From NCBI GenBank assembly GCA_963784425.1, contig CAWARM010000019.1, forward strand, positions 11,340-75,339: a DNA stretch of 64,000 nucleotides, written 5' to 3'. Shown in pieces: positions 27,407 to 36,412 of the stretch (position 1 is the first letter of the stretch; each line of letters starts with the position of its first letter). The position numbers and the translations under genes are program-made. The notes below the pieces were generated by a model, which searched no databases, was not told the DNA's origin, and saw nothing but the letters and a program-made list of their open reading frames with translations. The DNA is from an uncultured Gammaproteobacteria bacterium (GTDB lineage: Bacteria; Pseudomonadota; Gammaproteobacteria; Xanthomonadales; SZUA-36).

Positions 27407-28780
27407 ATGCGATCTGGACTGTTCAAATCCGCAAGAATTCTGTCTGCAGTATTTTTCGCCTTTTCCATTTGCTTGGTTGCCGTCGGCTGTGGTGAGGGTA
27501 ATCAGCAAACGGCCGATCATGAAGAATCTGCCGCTGACGCTGTTGCCCCAGCTCCTCCCGCTACTCCCCCCGATGCCGACATTGCCGCCAGCGTGCCTGA
27601 ACTTCCCGCGGTTCAGTTCTGCGTTGTTCCAGATCCCCAGGTGCCCTCATCCGCTTTTGATATATTTCATTCAGAACCCCAGGGACGCAGTGGTTACTGG
27701 GTGCGCTACACGTGCAAGCAAATTTGCAATGACTGGCACCAATGCCTGGTGCCGGCGTACTCGGATGACAACGGCACATTGATCCCCAACGGACGCCATC
27801 CCGAAACACCCAAACAAGCCTTGGCCTTCGTGGTTGATGGTATGGGTGGCCACCTGGCGCTTAGCAGCGACGGCGATAAGACGGTATTTGCACACTTTGG
27901 CGCCGGTGGCACTGTTTATTATTCGGCCCCCATGGAGAAACTCGAACAGCAATCCTCTGCCCGAACCGTCTTGGTGCGCTGGGAAAAAGGCTATACCGCC
28001 AGTATTTTCCAGCCGCCATTTTCAGCTCCCGTCGCCTGGGGCTGGTATTCACGAACTTCGGAAAAGCCAACCAACATAAGGGAACTGAATAAGCGAGTGG
28101 CCAGCATTATCTCCTGGACCCACGATAACCTTACTAACGGAGCGATGTTCGGTACGATCGGATGCAGCATGGGTACCAACGCCACCTTCCTCCCAGTCCT
28201 CTGGCAGGGGCTGGATCCCATCATCGATTACCAATTGTTTGTCGGTGGGCCGAACATGTGGGATTTGAATGCGCAATGTGGCAGGCGACATTATGCAACA
28301 GGCTATTGTGATGTCGATGGCGTTACCACGTGTACGAATGACAGTGACTGCGCTGCTCTAGGTGAAAACAGCCATTGCACGCGGCCAAGCAACTACACAA
28401 CCATCGATAAATTATTCGAAGACTTGCCCAACCACGTTCATGTAACGGACGCATGTGACATTCAGGCCAGTGACGAATCCACCGAGCCCTATCCGCCTTT
28501 TGATCAAAGCAGCATGGCTTTTTCCACTCCGGCAGATTGGGATATCGATCACCGGGTAGACTTCCTGGTAAACGTGGGCGGAAAACAAGGGGCAACGTTT
28601 GCCGAAGGCATCGGCGGTGATGAATATTGGGGGCTGGGCAATTTTCCTTTTATCTACAACAAGATTCAGCCAGCGGAAAACAAACAGTGGCATTTCTATC
28701 CAGACAGCCATCATTGCGGCGCACTTGAATCAGCGAATGCCGAAGCGCTGGATGTTATCCGGGAAAGAATGGACTTGTAA
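27407..28780 (+). CDS. Cysteine-rich lipoprotein, possible serine hydrolase
   Basis: 457 aa with lipobox VAVGC, a GxSxG-like IGCSMGT, and a Cys-rich insert CGRRHYATGYCDVDGVTTCTNDSDCAALGENSHC. Confidence 0.65.
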   Translation: MRSGLFKSARILSAVFFAFSICLVAVGCGEGNQQTADHEESAADAVAPAPPATPPDADIAASVPELPAVQFCVVPDPQVPSSAFDIFHSEPQGRSGYWVRYTCKQICNDWHQCLVPAYSDDNGTLIPNGRHPETPKQALAFVVDGMGGHLALSSDGDKTVFAHFGAGGTVYYSAPMEKLEQQSSARTVLVRWEKGYTASIFQPPFSAPVAWGWYSRTSEKPTNIRELNKRVASIISWTHDNLTNGAMFGTIGCSMGTNATFLPVLWQGLDPIIDYQLFVGGPNMWDLNAQCGRRHYATGYCDVDGVTTCTNDSDCAALGENSHCTRPSNYTTIDKLFEDLPNHVHVTDACDIQASDESTEPYPPFDQSSMAFSTPADWDIDHRVDFLVNVGGKQGATFAEGIGGDEYWGLGNFPFIYNKIQPAENKQWHFYPDSHHCGALESANAEALDVIRERMDL

Positions 28781-28942
28781 AAGCGATAGAATGGCGCGAC
28801 GTGGGCGCAGTGCGGCCCAAGGATATTTTGTGCAATACCAGGATAGCCAGAGCGAGCAGGAAGTATGTACTGTGATCGCCAGCAAGCCTCTGCGGACTAT
28901 CGCCGAAGTTGGAAGAAACACGAACCTAACAGGAGCGCATTT

Positions 28943-29889
28943 ATGTCAATCTCGAAGTTAGCCAAACGATTCGCTCTGGCCGTAATTGCAGGGTCGTTCC
29001 TGAGTGTTGCCGTCGCCGGCGCGGATGACGACACCTCGGCAGAAAGACAGAAAATGAAAGAACTGGGACTCAAGTACGACTCTGCGTGGGCCCTTTACAC
29101 CGCACTGAAAGAGCAAGCTCATGGTGGTACGCCACTGACCTGGCAAACCGTACCCAACTGGAGCGGCGTACGAACCCGAGCCAAGGGTCTTACCGAATAC
29201 GACCCCGATGGGCCGCCACAAGGTGAGTTTCCTTCGACCGCGAAGTGGACCCCGGAGTACTACGCAAAAACGATGAAGGCAGTCGAGGACCGGAAAAATG
29301 GCATTGAGTACGATCCTTTGAGCCAGTGCATTCCACCCGGTTATCCGCGTTGGCTGGATATGCCGTTTCTGCGCGAATTTATCGTAACTCCGGAAATGAC
29401 CACGATGATTGCCGAGGCATTTAACAGCATCCGATTCATTTACACCGATGGCCGCGGGCATATCCCGGAGGAAGACCGGTATCCAACGGAAAATGGTGAT
29501 TCAATCGGCTTCTGGGACGGCCAAAAGTTGATCACACACACCAACCAGTTGATGGCGCATATGTATGAGCGTGCCCAGGGTTTCTACACGGAGCAGGCCG
29601 AAAGCGTTGAAATCTGGGAACAGATGACGATGGGACGTTGGTCGCGCACGTGTGGGTTTACGATCCACCGGCACTGGAGGAACCCTGGTACACGCGGCAA
29701 GCCTATGCGAGATTGAGTAATCCCGACTTAAGTTTGCGCATAAGGCACTGGGCCTGTAAGGGCAATCCCAATAACGACGTGATTGAAACCAAAGAAGGCG
29801 GGTCGGATTTCAAAGCATTCGACTTCGAGCAAGCTGACAAAGACGCGAACACAGACGCGGACAAAGACGCGGACAAAGACGAGAGGTAG
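28943..29889 (+). pseudogene. Secreted hypothetical protein (family usually found next to DUF6152), interrupted by a -1 frameshift near 29611-29630
   Basis: ATG 28943 sits behind AGGAG and is followed by a signal peptide. The first frame reads ..ESVEIWEQ and then degrades to MTMGRWSRTCGFTIHRHWRN, stopping at 29716. The -1 frame is open from 29611 and reads DDDGTLVAHVWVYDPPALEEPWYTRQAYARL.., stopping at 29889. Confidence 0.7.
29836..29883 (+). repeat. Four imperfect 12-nt tandem units encoding a (DKDA)n acidic tail
   Basis: gacaaagacgcg / aacacagacgcg / gacaaagacgcg / gacaaagacgag. Confidence 0.8.
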
Positions 29890-29895
29890 ATTTCA

Positions 29896-30288
29896 ATGAG
29901 AAAATTGCTGTTTAATGCGCTGGGCGTTGTATTGAGTTTCGTGTCTCTTTCGAGCATGGCTCATCATTCCGGGTCCATGTTCGAGGAAAAGAAGACCATC
30001 ACGCTAACCGGCGTGATCAAGGAATTTCAATACACCAACCCGCATTCCTGGTTGATTATTGATGTAACGGGCGATGATGGCAAAGTGACATCCTGGGGAT
30101 TCGAAGCCGAAGGCCCCAGTACCTTGCTTCGCGCAGGCATCAAAAAAAGCGATTTCAAACCCGGCACTAAGATAACCATGACCGCTCGCCCGATGCGGGA
30201 TGGACGGCCTGCGGGGTACTGGGTCAGTTGCGTGCGTGAAAGTGATGGTAAGGTATTCAGCCCCAGTGCCGGATTTGAAGTGAAATGA
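29896..30288 (+). CDS. DUF6152 family secreted protein
   Basis: 130 aa. The signal peptide ends in AHHS, followed by TLTGVIKEFQYTNPHSWLIIDV, as in DUF6152. Confidence 0.75.
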   Translation: MRKLLFNALGVVLSFVSLSSMAHHSGSMFEEKKTITLTGVIKEFQYTNPHSWLIIDVTGDDGKVTSWGFEAEGPSTLLRAGIKKSDFKPGTKITMTARPMRDGRPAGYWVSCVRESDGKVFSPSAGFEVK

Positions 30289-30319
30289 GACTCCGTGCAT
30301 TACCCCGAGGTTTACTCCA

Positions 30320-30889
30320 ATGACGCTAACCAGACGTACATTTGTTGACAGAGCTTTCAAAGGCTCAATGCTGTGCCTGACATTCAACCTCGGCGGAGCA
30401 ACTCTGCTGCTCACGCCCGAAGAAGCGCGTGCCCAGGGCATCCCATTAAAAAAACTCACCGCGGAACAAGCCCGGGACCTCAATATACTTGCCGAAACCA
30501 TAGTACCTGGCTCTGCCGACTTGGGCGTCGTGAACTTCATAGATCATCAGCTCAACGCTGACCCGAATGAAGCCCTGCTGATTGCCAAGTATTTTGGGGT
30601 TTCCCCGCCGTACGTGAACTTTTATGCAAAAGGGCTTGAAGTGGCCACCGGCATGGCACAGAAAACAGCCGGGAAATCCCTGGACGCTTTGGATGCCGCT
30701 GAGAAAGAGCAATTGGCTAAAGCAATGTTCCCGCCGGGAACAGTGGTCGACGGCTTCCCCATATTTCTTTTTTTTATGTGCCTGCGCTCGGATGCGGTGG
30801 ATGTCGTGTATGGCACCCCCGCTGGATTCGAAAAGCTGAACATACCCTACATGCAACACATTTTGCCGCCGGAGGGATGGAATGCCTAA
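30320..30889 (+). CDS. Gluconate 2-dehydrogenase subunit 3-like TAT-signal small subunit
   Basis: 189 aa with a twin-arginine leader (TRRTFVDRA). 8-nt overlap with the downstream GMC flavoprotein gene. Confidence 0.75.
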   Translation: MTLTRRTFVDRAFKGSMLCLTFNLGGATLLLTPEEARAQGIPLKKLTAEQARDLNILAETIVPGSADLGVVNFIDHQLNADPNEALLIAKYFGVSPPYVNFYAKGLEVATGMAQKTAGKSLDALDAAEKEQLAKAMFPPGTVVDGFPIFLFFMCLRSDAVDVVYGTPAGFEKLNIPYMQHILPPEGWNA

Positions 30890-32450
30890 GAATTTGGAAC
30901 CCGTTGAGGTCGTAGTGGTTGGCACCGGCGCGACCGGCAGCCTGGTTGCGGCAGTGCTGGCGGAAGCCGGGAAAAGCGTCATGGTCCTCGAAGGCGGGCA
31001 TGCGCGTAAACTCGGCGACTTGTATAGCTCGCAGATCTGGGCGCGGCGCCTGAAATGGGCTACCCCGGAGGTGCTGGGAGCCGGCCCGGACAGTATATGG
31101 TGGAACTTCAATGCCGGACACGGTTACGGTGGCGCGGCCATACACCATTACGCCGTGTGGCCGCGCTTCCACGAAGACGATTTCCAAGAGAAAACCCGTT
31201 TTGGCCGTTCCCTGGACTGGCCGTTCGAATATTCGGAACTGCGGCCCTACTATGACTTGGTACAAAAAGAAGTTGGGATATCCGGCGACGCTAGCAAAGA
31301 AAAATGGCGTCCGGCGGGTGATCCTTATCCCCTGCCGCCGGTGCTGGTGAGCAATCACGGCAAGGTGTTGGCGCGCGGATTTGAAGCACTGGGCATGCAT
31401 ACTGCACCGATACCGATGGCCATCCTGTCGCAACCCTACAACGGTCGTCCGGCCTGCATCTGGGATGGTTGGTGCGATGCGGGATGCCCGATCGGCGCCC
31501 TGGCGAATCCACTGGCGGTGTACCTGCCGCGAGCGGTAAAAGCCGGTGCGAAACTGCAGCCGGACGCGCATGTTACGCGCGTAGTAATGGACGATACAGG
31601 CAAAAAAGCGACCGGCGTAGAGTATTTTTCACCTACAGGCGAGTCGTTCATTCAACCGGCTGACAAGGTCGTGCTCTGTGCATTTACCGTTGAAAATGCG
31701 CGCATTCTGCTGAATTCGGCTAATTCAAAAAACCCCAAAGGCGTGGCTAATAGCAGCGGCACCCTGGGCCATTACCTGATGTGTCATCCGGCCGTTGGTA
31801 TCAACGGCTTGTTCGATGAAGACATGCAGAACTTCCTCGGCGCCACTGGAGGGCAATTGCTTTGCCAGGATCCATTTGGCAAAACCAGCGATCCCGGCGG
31901 TGCATTTGGCAGCCGTCAATGGGAAATCGGCCTGGCATTGAAACCCAATGATCTTTTGGGCATTGCGATGTCCCGCCCGGACATTTTTGGCGCCCAGCTG
32001 CACGGATTTATGCTGGATGGCGCGCATCACATGGGTTCAATGGTGGGTGTGTGCGAAGACGAAGCACTGCTGGAGAACCGCATTGAGCTGTCCTCGGAAA
32101 AAGACCCATTCGGCTACCCGCTGGCCAAGGTTGTATACAAAGCCGGTGCCGACGGCGTCAAACTGTGGCAGACGGCTGCGGATGAAGGCGTAAAGATATT
32201 CAAGGCCGCAGGCGCGCGTGAAGCCTGGCATGGACCTCAGGGTGGCCAACACATCATGGGCGGTACCATCATGGGCACCGACCCGGCGAAGTCAGTACTT
32301 GACTCAGCGGGCAGGGCCCATGACGTGCCTAACCTGTTTGTTGCCGGGCCGGGTGTGTTTCCATCCAGTTCCTGCGCAAATTCAACATTTACGGCCAAGG
32401 CAATGGCGATGAAGTCGGCCAGGTTTATGTTGGAAAACTGGGGAGCTTGA
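30882..32450 (+). CDS. GMC family FAD-dependent oxidoreductase (flavoprotein subunit)
   Basis: 522 aa with an N-terminal FAD fold VVVVGTGATGSLVAAVLAEAGKSVMVLEGG and a C-terminal GMC motif (HIMGGTIMG, NLFVAGPGVFPSS). Confidence 0.85.
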   Translation: MPKNLEPVEVVVVGTGATGSLVAAVLAEAGKSVMVLEGGHARKLGDLYSSQIWARRLKWATPEVLGAGPDSIWWNFNAGHGYGGAAIHHYAVWPRFHEDDFQEKTRFGRSLDWPFEYSELRPYYDLVQKEVGISGDASKEKWRPAGDPYPLPPVLVSNHGKVLARGFEALGMHTAPIPMAILSQPYNGRPACIWDGWCDAGCPIGALANPLAVYLPRAVKAGAKLQPDAHVTRVVMDDTGKKATGVEYFSPTGESFIQPADKVVLCAFTVENARILLNSANSKNPKGVANSSGTLGHYLMCHPAVGINGLFDEDMQNFLGATGGQLLCQDPFGKTSDPGGAFGSRQWEIGLALKPNDLLGIAMSRPDIFGAQLHGFMLDGAHHMGSMVGVCEDEALLENRIELSSEKDPFGYPLAKVVYKAGADGVKLWQTAADEGVKIFKAAGAREAWHGPQGGQHIMGGTIMGTDPAKSVLDSAGRAHDVPNLFVAGPGVFPSSSCANSTFTAKAMAMKSARFMLENWGA

Positions 32451-32474
32451 GTATTTGAAGCTGCTACTGGAGGA

Positions 32475-33494
32475 ATGAAATACATGACTCGGACCCGCGG
32501 AAAATTACAAATGCATTCCAGGAAACACCGAATGCTGTCTTTCCTGGTTTGCCTGCTGTCCATAGGCCTGGCTTCGCCGCTTGTTGCTGATCAAGCTCAG
32601 CCATCTCCCCTGCATGTGGGCGGCGCACTGTCCGCGCGCCCGTATACATTCACTATGCAGAATTGGTACCGCGACATTGTGTATGACGACTCCGCTGCCG
32701 ATGACCGGTTTACCAGCCTGGATATCTATACCAATGATCCGGTGGAGGCGGGTTCACCGGTCATGGTTTTCGTACATGGTGGCGGTTTCAAAGTCGGGGA
32801 CAAGGCTTCATCCAAGGATCTTGACCCGAAACCTGAATATTTTTGCAGCAAACTGGGTTACCTGTTTGTCAGCATAAACTACCGGTTGCTTCCGGAGGGC
32901 CAGTATCCGCGAAATGTGCAGGATGTGGCTAATGCTTTGGCCTGGGTTTCCAACCATATTGTCGAATATGGCGGCGATCCCAACAAAATTTTCCTGATGG
33001 GACACTCCGCTGGCGCGGCCCTGGTCGCCCAGGTGGCAACAGACGAGGCTTTTCTGAAGAATGCCGGTAAGGATTTGAGCCTGTTAAAAGGCGTGATCGC
33101 CAATGAAGGGGCCTACGGCGTAGCAAGCAACGAAGAGGAAGCGAAAAGCCAGGAGGCACAGTTCGGCGCCAACTGGCGCGACGCCGTTCCGATGAGCCAC
33201 GTCGCAGCAGGAAAACAGATTCCGCCCTTCCTGTTGTTCTATGTTGTGGGTGGGCAGACGCTGGTACCCGGAACGGAGCAGCAGGCAATTGGCTTTGGCG
33301 ATGCCTTGCGCGGGGCGGGAGTTCGTGTTGATCTCGTACCTCTGGACCACGTTGAACACTTCGGCGCCAATGAGCGCATCGGCGAGTCCGGTGACATTAC
33401 CACCGTTTCAGTCGAGCGATTTTTGGACTCGATCACCGGCAGAACGACCCCGGCTACATGGAAGTCTGCTTTACCCATGGGCCCTAAAAAATAG
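32475..33494 (+). CDS. Secreted alpha/beta hydrolase (carboxylesterase-like)
   Basis: 339 aa with HGGGF and GHSAGA motifs and a signal peptide. The start could instead be ATG 32484. Confidence 0.8.
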   Translation: MKYMTRTRGKLQMHSRKHRMLSFLVCLLSIGLASPLVADQAQPSPLHVGGALSARPYTFTMQNWYRDIVYDDSAADDRFTSLDIYTNDPVEAGSPVMVFVHGGGFKVGDKASSKDLDPKPEYFCSKLGYLFVSINYRLLPEGQYPRNVQDVANALAWVSNHIVEYGGDPNKIFLMGHSAGAALVAQVATDEAFLKNAGKDLSLLKGVIANEGAYGVASNEEEAKSQEAQFGANWRDAVPMSHVAAGKQIPPFLLFYVVGGQTLVPGTEQQAIGFGDALRGAGVRVDLVPLDHVEHFGANERIGESGDITTVSVERFLDSITGRTTPATWKSALPMGPKK

Positions 33495-33609
33495 TTGTGA
33501 CAATTCAAACCAGCAGTTTTAATCCCGCATCGGAAGCAGTAAATTGTAGCCACGAAGTCTGGCAACTATGCCAATCGGCGTGCTTTGACCGGGGTGCGGG
33601 AGGTAAAAA

Positions 33610-34617
33610 ATGAAACTGGAGTTGGCAAACACGTCCACGCAGCTAGCCAGTTTCAACCCCTACATGACCAGTGACCTGGATGAGGCGCGTGAGCATATCA
33701 GTTCACTGTTCGTGCCACACCGGCTGGATGTCGTTGGTCGCAACCAGGTTTTGGACGTACATATCAGCAGGGCGAAATTGGCTGGTATTTCTCTTATTTA
33801 TCACAGGCATGGTGCATGTGTAAGTGTCAGGCCACAGTTGCTGCGTGATTTTTTCCTGTTGCAAATTCCAATTCGGGGAAAATCGTTTGTAACGGTGGAC
33901 AAACAGGAGGTCCATTGCAACCCGAAACAGGCCGTGATGATATCGCCGACCCTGGGCGTTGAGATGACGTTTGGGGAGGGTTGCGAGCAGCTTATCGTTC
34001 GAATAGAAAAGACCGATCTCGAACTACAGATGGAGCAACATCTCGGACGCTGCCTGGAGTTACCCATAACATTTGCTCCGGCAGTGCCGCTGAACACCTC
34101 ATCTGCACGTGAAATCACCAGCCTCCTGCGCTACATGACCATGACGCTCACTGAAACTGGAGGCATCTCCGGTTCGTCGATTGCAAAGAAACACATGTCC
34201 TCTTTGCTCATATCAGCCTTGATCAACTGCCTCGACCACAACTACCGGGAAGAACTGTCCGAGGGCAAGGCCGTGCCGAAACCGGCGTATATCACCAAGG
34301 CGCAAAAGTTCATGAAGATGAATTTTGCCGAACCCATCGGACCGGAGGACGTGGCCCGGGCCATCGACTTGAGCGCACGTGCCTTGTATGCCGGATTCAG
34401 GGCCTACTTGAATACGACACCCATGCGCTACCTCAAGGAACTGAGGCTTGACATGGTGCACCAGGCCCTCGTTGCCATGGACTCTCAGAGGGTGTCTGTC
34501 ACGACCATTGCCATGAATTGCGGCTTTTCCCATCTGGGTCATTTCTGTGCAGCCTACAAGCAGAAATTCGGCGAATTGCCGCACGAAACACTAAGTCACT
34601 GCAAGTACAAAATTTGA
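33610..34617 (+). CDS. AraC family transcriptional regulator
   Basis: 335 aa with RBS GGGAGG. C-terminal double HTH (IDLSARALYAGF, IAMNCGFSHLGHFCAAYKQKFGELP). Confidence 0.85.
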   Translation: MKLELANTSTQLASFNPYMTSDLDEAREHISSLFVPHRLDVVGRNQVLDVHISRAKLAGISLIYHRHGACVSVRPQLLRDFFLLQIPIRGKSFVTVDKQEVHCNPKQAVMISPTLGVEMTFGEGCEQLIVRIEKTDLELQMEQHLGRCLELPITFAPAVPLNTSSAREITSLLRYMTMTLTETGGISGSSIAKKHMSSLLISALINCLDHNYREELSEGKAVPKPAYITKAQKFMKMNFAEPIGPEDVARAIDLSARALYAGFRAYLNTTPMRYLKELRLDMVHQALVAMDSQRVSVTTIAMNCGFSHLGHFCAAYKQKFGELPHETLSHCKYKI

Positions 34618-34720
34618 CCGTATAAGGAAACAAAGCGCCCGGGTGCAGGGTACTTGCCTTTGACTGGTGGCGCTCGCTGATGGCCACCCTCACGTGTGAA
34701 CGTGGATAAAGGAGTTCGTA

Positions 34721-35242
34721 GTGACCACAAAAAGCTTGACCCTTGCCCTGCTGTTCTTGCCAAACTGTTGCTGGGCAACAGCGGTTAACCCCATAAGCGA
34801 TACCACCCCCATTCACGACATCATGCACTATCACGTCATGCCGGCGGCGCAAGTTCTTTGGGATGCGACGGCGATATACATCACCATGAAGGGCGAAGAC
34901 GATCGTTCGCCCAAAAACGATGAAGAATGGAACACAGTCGATCAGTCCCGCATTGCCCTGGAAGAAGCAATCAAGGCACTGCTGGTTCCCGGTCGCGTGG
35001 CTGATATTCCCGAAGCAGGCGAAGTGATCCCGGAGGGAGAACTCAAACCGGATGAAATCCAGGCATTGATCAAGAATGAACCGGAAGTGTGGGTTGCCAT
35101 GGTCCATGCGCTGGACGCGACAGTGCAGCAGGCGAAACGAGACATCGGGAACCATGATGTCGAAGCGCTCAGGGAAACGGGCGGTGCGATAGACGATGCC
35201 TGCGAAGCCTGCCACCTGCACTTCTGGTACCCCAAACACTAG
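34721..35242 (+). CDS. Class II c-type cytochrome (cytochrome c'/c-556-like)
   Basis: GTG start behind AAAGGAG, signal peptide, helical body, and a single C-terminal CEACH heme site, as in four-helix-bundle class II cytochromes c. Confidence 0.65.
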   Translation: MTTKSLTLALLFLPNCCWATAVNPISDTTPIHDIMHYHVMPAAQVLWDATAIYITMKGEDDRSPKNDEEWNTVDQSRIALEEAIKALLVPGRVADIPEAGEVIPEGELKPDEIQALIKNEPEVWVAMVHALDATVQQAKRDIGNHDVEALRETGGAIDDACEACHLHFWYPKH

Positions 35243-35271
35243 CCCGGGGGCTGACACGGAGGAACTGTATT

Positions 35272-35751
35272 TTGCTCGATTGGCTTGAAAATACCGCTAT
35301 TGCAAGAATGGTGCAGGAGAGTTTGTGGGGTTACCCAATTGTGTTGAGCTCACACGCAGTGGGCATGGCAATACTCGTCGGAATTGTATTGATGATCAAT
35401 TTTCGGGTGTTGGGACTGGCACCCAAAGTGCCCCTCTCAGCACTCAAGACAATGTACAAGATCGCCTGGGTGGGCGTGGTGATCAACGTCTTATCGGGAT
35501 CGATGTTGTTTATTGCAAATGCCGACGCCTTTTACGAGAGCACGCCGTTCAGATTGAAGATCATTCTTCTTATCGTTGGCACCACGTTGCTGGTGAAGTT
35601 GTCGCGGCGAATATTCCGCTCGAATGACTCTGCGCTGGATTACGTTCCCACCACGCAGGTTAAATTACTGGCATTCGTTTCCAGCATTGTGTGGATCGGG
35701 GTGATTGTAATGGGCCGGCTTATTGCCTATTGGGACTGGAAGGACTTTTAG
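35272..35751 (+). CDS. 159-aa multi-TM membrane protein (paralogue 1)
   Basis: TTG start and four hydrophobic segments. Same length and colinear motifs as the next gene (..W..P...S.H..G......G....I..R.LG.AP..PL). Confidence 0.6.
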   Translation: MLDWLENTAIARMVQESLWGYPIVLSSHAVGMAILVGIVLMINFRVLGLAPKVPLSALKTMYKIAWVGVVINVLSGSMLFIANADAFYESTPFRLKIILLIVGTTLLVKLSRRIFRSNDSALDYVPTTQVKLLAFVSSIVWIGVIVMGRLIAYWDWKDF

Positions 35752-35760
35752 GGAGTAATT

Positions 35761-36240
35761 ATGGACGGCATCTTGACATGGATGAGAGACAGCGCCCTCG
35801 CCGGCATGATCAACAACAATATCTGGGTGTTTCCAACCCTTGAAACTCTGCATTTCATTGGGTTGATCCTGCTGATGGGTTCACTTCTCATCATTGATTT
35901 ACGCTTTGTCGGATTCGCGCCTCGTATCCCTCTAGATGCCGTGCTGGGGTTTCTGCCTGTTTCCTTGATTGGCTTCGTCATCAACCTGACAACCGGGATA
36001 CTGTTTCTGTTTTCCGACCCGTATCACTACTATGACAACCTCTCCTTTAGACTCAAGATGCTGACTGTGCTGCTGGCCGGCCTGAATGCCATATGGTTCA
36101 AGCTTTCGCTGAACCTGGAGTTGCTGCCGGCCCAAAGCCCAGGCAATCCCGGCATGCGGATCCGATTGATCGCAGGTCTTTCATTGCTGCTGTGGACCTC
36201 CGTCATCGTGTTCGGCCGCATGATTCCCTACTTGAAATGA
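35761..36240 (+). CDS. 159-aa multi-TM membrane protein (paralogue 2)
   Basis: ATG start and the same predicted topology as 35272-35751 (NIWVFPTLETLHFIGLILLMGSLLIIDLRFVGFAPRIPL). Confidence 0.65.
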   Translation: MDGILTWMRDSALAGMINNNIWVFPTLETLHFIGLILLMGSLLIIDLRFVGFAPRIPLDAVLGFLPVSLIGFVINLTTGILFLFSDPYHYYDNLSFRLKMLTVLLAGLNAIWFKLSLNLELLPAQSPGNPGMRIRLIAGLSLLLWTSVIVFGRMIPYLK

Positions 36241-36412
36241 TTCACTGATACCGGGCGTGATCATGATGCAGGCGCGGACCTCCGCGAACTGAATTACACC
36301 TGCGAGAAGCCCCGATGGTGGGCCCAATGGTGGACCCGGCGAAAGCAGAGTATGATTTTTGCCCCATAGCCTCTCATGTGAGCGCCGATTCTAAACAGTA
36401 AGTGGAGCCCCG

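Noticed and set aside
29615-29630. Programmed -1 ribosomal frameshift in the secreted protein gene
   Set aside because: There is no slippery X-XXY-YYZ heptamer and no obvious downstream structure at the junction. A mutation or sequence error is more parsimonious.
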